Origin: Rhodospirillales bacterium
GTDB taxonomy: Bacteria; Pseudomonadota; Alphaproteobacteria; Rhodospirillales; UBA2165
Length of the DNA stretch: 64,000 nucleotides
Direction of reading: 5' to 3'
NCBI GenBank assembly: GCA_030745835.1
Contig: JASLNU010000113.1
Coordinates: forward strand, 1,361 to 65,360
In this document: in pieces, positions 37,671 through 46,210 of the stretch
Layout: every line of letters starts with the position of its first letter
Numbering within the stretch: the first letter of the stretch is position 1
Made by a program: the position numbers and the translations under genes
Notes under the pieces: generated by a model
The model's database searches: none
Seen by the model: only the letters and a program-made list of their open reading frames with translations
Told to the model about the DNA's origin: nothing

Positions 37671-39167
37671 TGCCGACCCCGCCCTGCCGCCGTCCGATGC
37701 ATGGGAAACCGGTTTTTCATCCGCCGCCGGCAATGCGCGGGACAGGATCATGTTCTGGAAGGCATCCGTGATGCGCCTGGCATGGGGTTCCAGATAGGGA
37801 AAATTCCGGGCGTGCTCGAAACTGTGGCGCATGGCCGGATTGGTTTCGAAGATCAGTATTCGCCCATCCTCCATGACATCGAAATCAACGCCGAAGAAAT
37901 CGAGCCCGGAAATCTTGGGTAGCGCATTCAGGGCCGCGAAAGCATCGGCGCCCACATAGGCCGCCGGATCGTCCAAGTAAGCTTCCTCGAGGTCCGTCAT
38001 CCACGGGGTTTCGGCCATCACCGTGGTGCGGTTGAAACCGTGAACGTTCCAAACCGTATCGACGTGATGGACCACCGGATAAAGTTCGCCGTCGATAAAA
38101 AAGACTCGCATCTTGCGGAAATAATCCTCGCGGAACGGAGACAGCACATATTCGATCACGTAATGGGTGCCTGCACCCTCGGTAAGGAAATAGTCTTCGA
38201 CCACGGGCAGGCTGTCGGCCTTGACCGTGGAAACCGCCGTATGGGTTCCGGTCCGGCGCAAGATGACCGGCAACTCCAATCCTTCCCGGCTGAGGAATTC
38301 GGCCGCATCAAACGGAACATCCGGGCGCACTTCGGCACGCATGGACTTGGGGAAGCGGATACCCGGAACCTCTTTCAGGCGCCTATAATTGTTGTCGCGT
38401 GTGGATTCGAGAACCCGCGCCGGGTCATTGATCACCGGCATACCGGGATTGCGCGCCAAATATCGTGCCGCCGTTTCCAGGGATTGGCCCTCCAGATCCG
38501 CGTCGGCGACGCTGTTGACCACGATATCGTGGGCGGGGATACCCTCATGGCTGAGGATGTTTTCGTCCGAGATCAGAAAATTTATGGTGGTGAATTGGTT
38601 CTGATCCCAAAGCGCGCTCGAAGAAAAATTGCCGCCGGAAAGGCGCAGCCAATGGCTGCCCTCGGGAGCCACCTTATAAAATGCGTTCTGCACCCCGCGC
38701 AGGCGCAGGATGCGGGCCTTGGGCGCTCCCAGACAGGATTGAACCGAGATCGGGCGTTTGCAAAGGCCGATCTTCAGGGTTTGCCTGGACACCTCTATCT
38801 CGCCCAATTCCCGCTGGATCGCCGACAGCGACAGATAGGCGCGGGCTTCGCCGGGAAATTTTTCAATGATGGTTGCGTAAACGGTTGCCGCCCGTTTCAT
38901 GTCGCCGGCGCGCACCAGAAGATCGCCCAACTGCATCAAAAGCGGCAGACTATCGGGACGATATTGAAGCGCCTGCCAAAAGCAATAGGCGGCGTCGTCC
39001 AGCCGGTTAAGCCCGATAAGGGCCAGCCCCAATCCGCGCCAGGCATCGGCGTCCTCGGGATTTGCCTTCAGATGCGCGCGGTAGGCGGTTTCCGCTTCCT
39101 TGTTCTGGCCGGCGCGCCTCAGGCGCTGAGCCTCGGCCGCGCCGCCAACGGAACGCCGCGCCATCAT
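37668..39167 (-). CDS. TPR-repeat protein with C-terminal ATP-grasp-like domain
   Basis: N-terminal ~135 aa are TPR-like (AETAYRAHLKANPEDADAWRGLGLALIGLNRLDDAAYCFWQALQYRPD...). The C-terminus has the ATP-grasp Mg/ATP motif pattern (DFFGVDFDVMEDGRILIFETNPAM, cf. E-x-N). Starts 3 nt after the stop of the upstream sensor gene. Confidence 0.6.
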   Translation of the reverse strand: MMARRSVGGAAEAQRLRRAGQNKEAETAYRAHLKANPEDADAWRGLGLALIGLNRLDDAAYCFWQALQYRPDSLPLLMQLGDLLVRAGDMKRAATVYATIIEKFPGEARAYLSLSAIQRELGEIEVSRQTLKIGLCKRPISVQSCLGAPKARILRLRGVQNAFYKVAPEGSHWLRLSGGNFSSSALWDQNQFTTINFLISDENILSHEGIPAHDIVVNSVADADLEGQSLETAARYLARNPGMPVINDPARVLESTRDNNYRRLKEVPGIRFPKSMRAEVRPDVPFDAAEFLSREGLELPVILRRTGTHTAVSTVKADSLPVVEDYFLTEGAGTHYVIEYVLSPFREDYFRKMRVFFIDGELYPVVHHVDTVWNVHGFNRTTVMAETPWMTDLEEAYLDDPAAYVGADAFAALNALPKISGLDFFGVDFDVMEDGRILIFETNPAMRHSFEHARNFPYLEPHARRITDAFQNMILSRALPAADEKPVSHASDGGRAGSA

Positions 39168-39170
39168 TTC

Positions 39171-41366
39171 TTATCCCCGATGCAGGAAGTGCGCCCATTT
39201 AAGGGCGCCGCCATGATTTTCCACATGGTTTAGCAACGCCGAAACCACGCGCCGGTCGTAGATGGTCCCCGAATCGGCCAAAAGCCGCGCCGTCGCCTGT
39301 TCCAGCGACAGGCCCGGACCGCCGCCCCGGGGGCTGGTTAGATCGACGAAAGCGTTGGCAACGGCGACGATGCGCGCCGTCAGGACAATGCTTTCGCCGC
39401 TTAAGGCTTCGGCGCCGGTGCCGTCGTAATGTTCCGATGACTGGCGGATGGTATCGACCACCGGTCCCTCGAAATCGATGCCGCCGAGAAGTTGGGCGCT
39501 GGTAATATGAGCCTCGGTCAATTGGCGCCGGTCGCCGATTGCCAAATCGTTCAGGCTGCGGCCCATCAATTCGGGCGAAACAAGCACGGTGCCGAGGCTC
39601 CTGAGGCTGCCGGCAAAGCCGGCGGTATCGACCTCGCGGCGCTCACATTCCAATTCCTCGGCGATCGACCGCGCCACGTCGCCGACATCGCTGGAACGGG
39701 TATCCGAGGTCGGATCGCGCCGGTCGACGACGCTGGCCAGGGTGGTCACCAACTGTTTCAGCCGGTTCTCGCTTTTAAGCTGCTCGCGCGAAAATTCGGT
39801 GATGTCGTCGACGATCATCAGGACGCCGGGCGGATGGTCGCGGTCGCCGCGTAGCGGGATATGGTCCGATTTCAGGACTTCCATCTCGCCGCTTTCGTCC
39901 TCGAACCGCTGGATGAAGGATTTACGCACCTTCTGCACCGAATCCTCGACGCCTTCCTCTTCCATATCGGCGAAATCCTTCAGGATATCCTTGTTGACAT
40001 CGGCGTAATATTTGGCCTTCACCGGCCCCATGATGCTGGCCATGGTCTTGCCCATCATGTCTTCGGGCTGAATGCCCGCAGCCTTGGCCGCCGGTTCATT
40101 GGAAAAAGTGTAGGTGGTGGTGCCGTCGACGGCGACGATATGGGTCGGCTGGGAGTTGGTGATGACGCGCATGAATTTCGAAATATTCTCGAACCGTTCG
40201 GACGAAATGCGGAATTTTTCGGCCGCCGCCGCGGCGCGTAAACTCGTGCCGTGGCGCCAGACTGCGATCATGCCGACGGTGACACCGACGATTATCAGCA
40301 CGAAGACAATTAAGATGGTGCGCAGCCTGGTATCGTTTGCAGACAGCGCCTCGGCACGCGAGATTTTACGCACCAGCACCCAGGGCACATCGGCCAGCGC
40401 CCGCGACGTGACCAGAACCTCTTCGCCCGCATAATCGCGTTTAATGGCGAACCCGCCCGGTTTTTCAATGGCGAAAGCGGCGGCAAGATCGGCGGTATCG
40501 AACGCCATCGCCCGTTTCAGCGGCGCCGTCCGGTCGGCCAGGGGCGACAGGTATTCGACCGAATTAGCCTTCTTGCGCACCAAATAGGTTTCCGATGTTT
40601 TCGACGTATCGCCGGGCTGTTTCAATAGATCGAACAGTTCCGCATCGACAATGCGGATGCCGATGGCGACGCCGATCCCTTTCGAGCCGCTGTCCGATTG
40701 GACGCCGTAGATGGGAAGCGAGAAGCCGATGGTCGGCTCGTTGGTCGCGCCCTTATACATATCGATGACCGCCGGTTCGCCATCCAGCGAGGAGGCGATG
40801 GCCTTGCGCATGTTGCCGCCCAGGGCGGGCATTTCCGGCGTCGACACCAAGGGCTTGCCGTCGGCGTCGGTCAGCGCCAAGCCGGCGACGCCGGCGCGCT
40901 CCACGTTGGCATTGGTTTCCTGTTGCGGCGCCAGCGGGACGAAACCGTTGCGGTCGGCCATGGCGACCAAAAGGTTGCTCAAATAGCCTTGCTGCGCGGT
41001 GCCGTCGGTGACCTGGGATGTATCGCCCTTGGCGTCGGAAAGTTCGGTCAGGTAAAGTTGCAGCGATGCGTTTTCCGTCAGTTCCGCGATGACATCGAAA
41101 TTGGTATCGACCCACTCGTTAATTTCGGCGACGCGGCTATCGGCGACGATGCCGAGGCGGATTTGCCATTCATTAAGGGCGCGCTGGCGCTCGCCTTCGA
41201 CAAATTGGAACGAAAAGAAGACGCCGGCGCCGATGACCGCCAGGAGAACGATAATGGCGATGGCCACCGTCCGGTTGACCTTGCCTTTCGGCGTTTCCCC
41301 CTCGGCCTCCTTGTCCAGGTCGGCCTGTTTGTCTTTCGGGGCCTCGTCCGCCGCTGCGTCTGCCAT
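39171..41366 (-). CDS. two-TM sensor protein: ~300-aa periplasmic (Cache-like) domain, PAS-like region, degenerate HD-GYP domain
   Basis: TM1 VAIAIIVLLAVIGAGVFFSF and TM2 ILIVFVLIIVGVTVGMIAVW flank ~300 aa. The C-terminal ~190 aa align to the HD-GYP pattern, but RDPTSDTRSS replaces RD.YT.GHS, LRSLGT replaces LHDIGK, and SSEHYDGTGAE replaces HHER.DG.GYP. All metal/catalytic His/Asp and the GYP are lost. Confidence 0.7.
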   Translation of the reverse strand: MADAAADEAPKDKQADLDKEAEGETPKGKVNRTVAIAIIVLLAVIGAGVFFSFQFVEGERQRALNEWQIRLGIVADSRVAEINEWVDTNFDVIAELTENASLQLYLTELSDAKGDTSQVTDGTAQQGYLSNLLVAMADRNGFVPLAPQQETNANVERAGVAGLALTDADGKPLVSTPEMPALGGNMRKAIASSLDGEPAVIDMYKGATNEPTIGFSLPIYGVQSDSGSKGIGVAIGIRIVDAELFDLLKQPGDTSKTSETYLVRKKANSVEYLSPLADRTAPLKRAMAFDTADLAAAFAIEKPGGFAIKRDYAGEEVLVTSRALADVPWVLVRKISRAEALSANDTRLRTILIVFVLIIVGVTVGMIAVWRHGTSLRAAAAAEKFRISSERFENISKFMRVITNSQPTHIVAVDGTTTYTFSNEPAAKAAGIQPEDMMGKTMASIMGPVKAKYYADVNKDILKDFADMEEEGVEDSVQKVRKSFIQRFEDESGEMEVLKSDHIPLRGDRDHPPGVLMIVDDITEFSREQLKSENRLKQLVTTLASVVDRRDPTSDTRSSDVGDVARSIAEELECERREVDTAGFAGSLRSLGTVLVSPELMGRSLNDLAIGDRRQLTEAHITSAQLLGGIDFEGPVVDTIRQSSEHYDGTGAEALSGESIVLTARIVAVANAFVDLTSPRGGGPGLSLEQATARLLADSGTIYDRRVVSALLNHVENHGGALKWAHFLHRG

Positions 41367-41469
41367 GGGCGCTCTCTTTCGGGGAATCTAAAGGTGTATG
41401 CGTACCGGCGTACTCTAAATTAACGATTAAAGCTTTCAAAGTAGATTTGGACTTGATGGAATACTACAT

Positions 41470-41485
41470 TGTGTTCCCGGTCACA
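41470..41485. promoter_or_regulatory. CRP/FNR-type palindrome TGTGTTCCCGGTCACA in the sensor/protease divergent intergenic region
   Basis: One mismatch from TGTGA-N6-TCACA. Shares the right arm CGGTCACA/CCGTCACA with the site at 24420-24435. Lies 55 nt upstream of ATG 41540. Confidence 0.4.
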
Positions 41486-41539
41486 GACAATTTATTGGAA
41501 AATTCGGCACAATGACCGAACTTGCATTAATATAGCCCC

Positions 41540-42349
41540 ATGACATGCATGATTAAATTGGTACCGCATAAGACTTTGATGATGGCAGCCGCGATGGCTG
41601 TTCTGATGCTCGACCCGCAACCTTCTAAAGCGGGTGTGCTCTCCCTCGATCCGGGAAAATTAGAGCAGGCGCAGCCGGCGGGGATATTCGAGTTGGCTTC
41701 CGCGCGCAAGCGTACGCGCGGTTCACGCCGGCGCGGCCGTTCATCGCGCCGGGCGAAGACCAGGACCGCCCGTTCCACCACACCTAAGAAAAGCGCGGCC
41801 GGCAACAGCCTGTTGTTCGGCACCCATGAGACCCAATCGAGCAATTTCAAGCCGTTCAAGAAATGGTCCGGGGCCGTGCAAAAAATGGCCAAGGAACAGG
41901 CCGATCTCGGCAAATTCAAGAAACGCTTCAAGAAATGGATCGTGTTTCTGGACGGTCTCAAGGGCAAGGACCGGCTAACCCAGATCAAGGCGGTCAACAA
42001 GTTCATGAACCGGTCCAAATATATCCAGGACAACAAGAATTGGGGGATCAAGGATTATTGGGCCTCGCCGGGCGAATTCCTGTCCAAGTTCGGCGATTGC
42101 GAGGACTATTCCATTGCCAAATACATGGCGCTCAAATATCTGGGCCACGATGCCGGCAAAATGCGCATCGTCGCGGTCAAGGACCTCAACCTCAAGATCG
42201 GGCATGCGATCCTTGCCGTTTATTACAAGAACCGGATTGTGATCCTCGACAACCAGATCAAGATCGTCGCCGATTCGCGCAAGATCCGCCATTACCAGCC
42301 GGTCTATTCGATCAACGAAGTTCACTGGTGGCGGCACCGCGCCACCTGA
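41540..42349 (+). CDS. periplasmic transglutaminase-like cysteine protease (BTLCP / Peptidase C93, LapG-like)
   Basis: Signal peptide (MMAAAMAVLMLDPQPSKA). Family core IKAVNKFMNRSKYIQDNKNWGIKDYWASPGEFLSKFGDCEDYSIAKYMALKYLG...GHAILAVYY...ILDNQ with the Cys-His-Asp triad intact. Unusual Arg/Lys-rich tract (ARKRTRGSRRRGRSSRRAKTRTARSTTPKKS) after the signal peptide. Confidence 0.8.
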   Translation: MTCMIKLVPHKTLMMAAAMAVLMLDPQPSKAGVLSLDPGKLEQAQPAGIFELASARKRTRGSRRRGRSSRRAKTRTARSTTPKKSAAGNSLLFGTHETQSSNFKPFKKWSGAVQKMAKEQADLGKFKKRFKKWIVFLDGLKGKDRLTQIKAVNKFMNRSKYIQDNKNWGIKDYWASPGEFLSKFGDCEDYSIAKYMALKYLGHDAGKMRIVAVKDLNLKIGHAILAVYYKNRIVILDNQIKIVADSRKIRHYQPVYSINEVHWWRHRAT

Positions 42350-42445
42350 GCCGGCCCAACCGATCCGAAAATTTCTTTTCCTGACCGTTTCAGCAGCGTA
42401 TCAAGGCGCGTTTGAATTCAACCTGATTCAAAACGGGAGGCGCGC

Positions 42446-43450
42446 GTGATCGATGCCGCCGTTGTCGGGCTCGGCTGGTGGGGCCGCTATATCGTCGAAA
42501 GGTTTTCGGGCGAGCGTGAAAGCCAGCACCTGCGTTTCCGCCGCGCCGTCGATATCGATCCGGGCTCGGCACGGGATTTCGCCGAAGACCACGGCCTGGC
42601 CTTGAGCGCCGCCCTCGGTGACGCTCTGGCCGACGAGGCCATCGGCGCCGTTGCCATCGCCACCCCCAACAGCCTGCACCAAGAGCAGATCACCGCCGCG
42701 GCGGGCGCCGGCAAGCACGTCTTTTGCGAAAAGCCGCTGGGCTTGACCCGCGCCGCCGCCGAGGCCGCCGTGAATGCCTGTAATGAAGCCGGTGTCGTCC
42801 TCGGCATCGGCCACGAGCGCCGCTTCGAGCCGGCCATCGCCGAGGCCAAGCGCATGCTGGATACCGGCCAGATCGGCACCGTCATGCATTTGGAAATGAG
42901 CTTCAGTCACGACAAACTGGTGGACCTGCCCGCCGATAATTGGCGCGCCTCGGCGATCGAGGCGCCGGCCGCCAGCCTGACCGCCACCGGCGTCCACCTG
43001 ACCGACACCTTCCTGCACATGCTGGGCGGCATCGAAACGGTATATGCGCTCACCGGCAACTGGGCGGCGAACTTTCAATCGGGCGATCTGTTGTCGGTGC
43101 AGCTTCGCTTTGAAAGCGGCGCCACCGGCTACATCAATTCCATGCTCTCGACGCCCCTTTACAGTTGCTTCCGCGCCTTCGGCACGCAGGGCTGGATCGA
43201 AGTGCGCGATACCGCCCATCCGAGCGAGCCGGGCCTATCGGTCATGTCTTTTTGCCGGGCCGAGGGCGAGATCGAAAGCCGTGAGTTCCAGCCCATCGAC
43301 AGCGTGCGCGCCAATATCGAAGCCTTCGCCATCGCCGCCGGCGGCGGCGCGCCCTATCCTTTCAGCGATGCCGAACTGATCGGCAATATTGCCGTCTTCG
43401 AAGCCATTTGCCGGTCGGTGGCAACGGGCGCGCCGGAGCCCGTGGGCTGA
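42446..43450 (+). CDS. Gfo/Idh/MocA family oxidoreductase
   Basis: IDAAVVGLGWWGRYIV Rossmann N-terminus and GKHVFCEKPL motif. GTG start behind GGGAGG. Confidence 0.85.
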   Translation: MIDAAVVGLGWWGRYIVERFSGERESQHLRFRRAVDIDPGSARDFAEDHGLALSAALGDALADEAIGAVAIATPNSLHQEQITAAAGAGKHVFCEKPLGLTRAAAEAAVNACNEAGVVLGIGHERRFEPAIAEAKRMLDTGQIGTVMHLEMSFSHDKLVDLPADNWRASAIEAPAASLTATGVHLTDTFLHMLGGIETVYALTGNWAANFQSGDLLSVQLRFESGATGYINSMLSTPLYSCFRAFGTQGWIEVRDTAHPSEPGLSVMSFCRAEGEIESREFQPIDSVRANIEAFAIAAGGGAPYPFSDAELIGNIAVFEAICRSVATGAPEPVG

Positions 43451-43641
43451 CCGGATTTAGCCCGAAAATCCCCCGCATACTTCGCGGTAACCGGGGTACC
43501 TATCAGTCTCCCCAATGCCGCTTGCTTCGGCCAATCGATTAATTTATGGATAGTCTTCTATAAGAGCCGGGCGGCCGATTTCGGCGAATGCGGAAGTTCG
43601 GTGGCCCCGGGTGGAAAGCGTGCAAGTTAGGAGGAATATCC

Positions 43642-44895
43642 ATGTCGTCAGGCACAGCAAATTTCGGTATTACCGGCGTCGATTGGCAGCAGCGCATCAA
43701 TTGGGACCGTCTTCGCAATTATCGGATCGAACGCGCCCGCGAGCGCATGAAGACTGCCGGCCTCGGCGCCATGCTTCTGATGTATGACGAAAACGTCCGC
43801 TACGTCACCAGCACCCTGACCCCGGGCTGGAATCGCCTGAAGCCCGGCCTCCGCTACGCCATGCTCTGCGGTGACGGCGCGCCGATCCTGTTCGAACAGG
43901 GCGATATCGGCACCCAGATCGCCCGTCACGCGCCCTGGATTCCGGAAGAAAACATCCGTTACTCCTATGCCTGGATCAAGGGCGCGGCCGGTCCCGCGTC
44001 GAGCCAGCAAGTGAAGAAATTTGTCGACGCCGCCAAGTACGAAATGAAACGCCATGGCGTCGAGGGCGAAAAACTGGGCGTCGATTTCATCGACATCAAC
44101 ATGCTGAAAGCGTTCGAGGAAGAAGGCATCACCTGGGCCGACGGCATGAGCCCGATGATGGAAGCCCGCGCCGTCAAGAACGAGGACGAGCACGAATGCA
44201 TGCGCATCGTCGGCGCCATCGGCGACGCGGCGCACTGGGAGACCATGAAGTTCCTGGAGCCGGGCATCACCGAAAACCAGGTCACCGCCCACATCATGCA
44301 GTTCCTTTACAACATTCCGGGCATGGAGGACGTCGAAGACGTGATCGTCTCGTCGGGCCCCAACACCTGGCCCAACTGGCGCAACTTCTCCGACCGCATC
44401 ATCCAGCCCGGCGATATCGTCTTTATGGACCTCGCGGCGCTCACCTGGAACGGCTACAAGTCGTGTTATTACCGCACCTATTGCGTCGGCGCCGAACCGA
44501 CCCAGGAGCAGAAGGATTACTATGCCAAGGCCCTGGAATGGCTGCAGGCCTCCATCGACGCGGTGAAGGTTGGTGCCACCACCAAGGACATCGCCGAAAA
44601 ATGGCCGTCGGCGAAGGAAGCCTGGGGGTATGATGAAGAAGACCAGGCGGCGGCCAACTTGTGGGGCCACGGCCTCGGCCTCGCCCAGTACGACCCGCCG
44701 GTGATCTCGCGCATCTGGTCCCTCGACCACCCGATCGAGATTCAGGAAGGCATGGTGTTCGCCCTCGAAACCCAGCACGGCAAGCCGCTGGAATGGGGCG
44801 TCCGCATCGAGGAAATGGTCATCGTCCACAAGGACGAGACCGAGCTAATCACCCATTTCCCGATCGACCGCATCATGCCGGTGAAAGTGATTTAA
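43642..44895 (+). CDS. M24 (creatinase/prolidase-fold) family protein, atypical metal site
   Basis: Creatinase_N-like N-terminus (RIERARERMKTAGLGAMLLMYDENVRYVT) and pita-bread core (GDIVFMDLAA...GHGLGL...VFALETQ...RIEEMV). The second canonical Asp position reads KSCYYRTY (Cys, not Asp). ATG 43642 follows AGGAGG. Confidence 0.7.
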   Translation: MSSGTANFGITGVDWQQRINWDRLRNYRIERARERMKTAGLGAMLLMYDENVRYVTSTLTPGWNRLKPGLRYAMLCGDGAPILFEQGDIGTQIARHAPWIPEENIRYSYAWIKGAAGPASSQQVKKFVDAAKYEMKRHGVEGEKLGVDFIDINMLKAFEEEGITWADGMSPMMEARAVKNEDEHECMRIVGAIGDAAHWETMKFLEPGITENQVTAHIMQFLYNIPGMEDVEDVIVSSGPNTWPNWRNFSDRIIQPGDIVFMDLAALTWNGYKSCYYRTYCVGAEPTQEQKDYYAKALEWLQASIDAVKVGATTKDIAEKWPSAKEAWGYDEEDQAAANLWGHGLGLAQYDPPVISRIWSLDHPIEIQEGMVFALETQHGKPLEWGVRIEEMVIVHKDETELITHFPIDRIMPVKVI

Positions 44896-44919
44896 TTAGG
44901 GATATCCGGGAAAGACATC

Positions 44920-46209
44920 TTGGCTCAACTCGTCGTTGCCCTGTCGTCGCCGGACGCGGCCGACGCCGACCTGTTCGGTCCGAAAGCCGCCAATCAGGCG
45001 GCGCTCGGCCAGGCCGGCTTGCCCATACCCGACGGTTTTTGCCTGAGCGCCGAAGCCTACCGGGTGCAGTTGCGAGCCCACGGCCTGGAAAAGAGCATCG
45101 CCAAACTGCCGTCCGCGGATATGCGCGAAGCGCGCCTGCTCGCCAACGAAATCAGGATCGGGCTTTTCGATAATCCGATTGTACCGGAAATCCTCGAACC
45201 CCTGCTTGAGGCCCGCCGCGGCCTGTTGCAGCGCAGCGATGCGCCCTTGGTGGTGCGCTCGTCGGCGCTGGTCGAAGACCGCGAAGGATCGAGTTTTGCC
45301 GGCCAGTTCGAAAGTTTCCTGGGGCTGGGCAGCGAAGACGAGTTTCTCACCGCCGTCCGTGCCTGTTGGGCGGCCCTATGGTCGGTGCGGGCGCTGCGCT
45401 ATATGGGCGGACACGAAATCGATCCCTCGGATACGGCGATGGCGCTGCTGATCCAGCCTCTTATCGAAGCCGTTAGTTCCGGCGGCGGGCTCAGCCAGAC
45501 AGCGGACGGCGGCATGATCCTGAGCGCCACCTGGGGGCTCGGCGAAGCCATCGCGCAAGGCGAAGTTGTGCCCGACCGCTATGAATTGGACGCCGGCGGC
45601 GCCATCCTGCATGTCGATGCCGGGCGCAAGACGCACAAGGTCGGCTGCCATCTGCACGATGCGGAGCACCGGTCGGCGGTGGTGGCCAAGGATCTGGTGG
45701 ACCAGCCGTGCCTTGCAAACGATCAAGTCATCGAATTGGCCGGCCATTTGAAAAAAGCCGAAGCCATGATCGGCATGGCGGCGGAAATCGAATGGGCGCG
45801 CGACGCGGGCGGTTTCAAAATGCTCCAGGTGCGTCCCCTGCAAATGGAAAAATCGGTCGTGCCCGATGAAATATGGCTCCGCCATCCCGGCCTCAAGGGC
45901 CATCCCGCCGGCATCGGCTGGGCGTCGGGCAAGGCCTGCGTCATAAATTGCGAATGCGAACTGGCCCGCGTCGCGCCCGGCGATGTGCTGGTAACGCAAG
46001 TGGCGGGACCGACCCTGAGCCAGATCCTGCCGATGGTTTCCGGCGTCGTCGCCGAACTCGGCGGCTCAACCTCGCACCTGGCCTCATTGGCCCGCGAGCG
46101 CGGCATCCCGATGGTCCTCGGCGTCCAGGACGCCACATCCAGCATCCCCGACGGCAGCCAGGTCGCCGTCGACGGGGTGGCCGGCATCGTCAGGTGGATC
46201 GAGGGTTAG
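44920..46209 (+). CDS. PEP-utilising enzyme family protein (PPDK_N-type ATP-grasp plus mobile His domain, no PEP/pyruvate barrel)
   Basis: FGPKAANQAALGQAGLPIPDGFCL and VVRSSALVEDREGSSFAGQFESFLG (nucleotide-binding domain). C-terminal swivel GDVLVTQVAGPTLSQILPMVSGVVAELGGSTSHLASLARERGIPMVLGV. 429 aa. TTG start. Confidence 0.7.
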   Translation: MAQLVVALSSPDAADADLFGPKAANQAALGQAGLPIPDGFCLSAEAYRVQLRAHGLEKSIAKLPSADMREARLLANEIRIGLFDNPIVPEILEPLLEARRGLLQRSDAPLVVRSSALVEDREGSSFAGQFESFLGLGSEDEFLTAVRACWAALWSVRALRYMGGHEIDPSDTAMALLIQPLIEAVSSGGGLSQTADGGMILSATWGLGEAIAQGEVVPDRYELDAGGAILHVDAGRKTHKVGCHLHDAEHRSAVVAKDLVDQPCLANDQVIELAGHLKKAEAMIGMAAEIEWARDAGGFKMLQVRPLQMEKSVVPDEIWLRHPGLKGHPAGIGWASGKACVINCECELARVAPGDVLVTQVAGPTLSQILPMVSGVVAELGGSTSHLASLARERGIPMVLGVQDATSSIPDGSQVAVDGVAGIVRWIEG

Positions 46210-46210
46210 C

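Noticed and set aside
38040-39233. 397-aa plus-strand ORF opposite the TPR/ATP-grasp gene
   Set aside because: It has no motifs, and it is antisense to an ORF with clear TPR repeats and tight coupling to the upstream sensor gene.
39171-41366. Looking for the LapD-type GW.Q LapG-binding loop in the sensor periplasmic domain (LNEWQIRLG near aa 63-70)
   Set aside because: The only W-Q match lies immediately after TM1 in a probable helix, not in an exposed loop, and lacks the Gly. This is too weak to claim, so docking remains a hypothesis to test.
43642-44895. M24-fold protein considered as the DMSP lyase DddP or the ectoine hydrolase DoeA
   Set aside because: Only the generic fold and length agree. 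From memory the sequence is not close to DddP, and the metal-site pattern differs. The assignment cannot be supported without a search.
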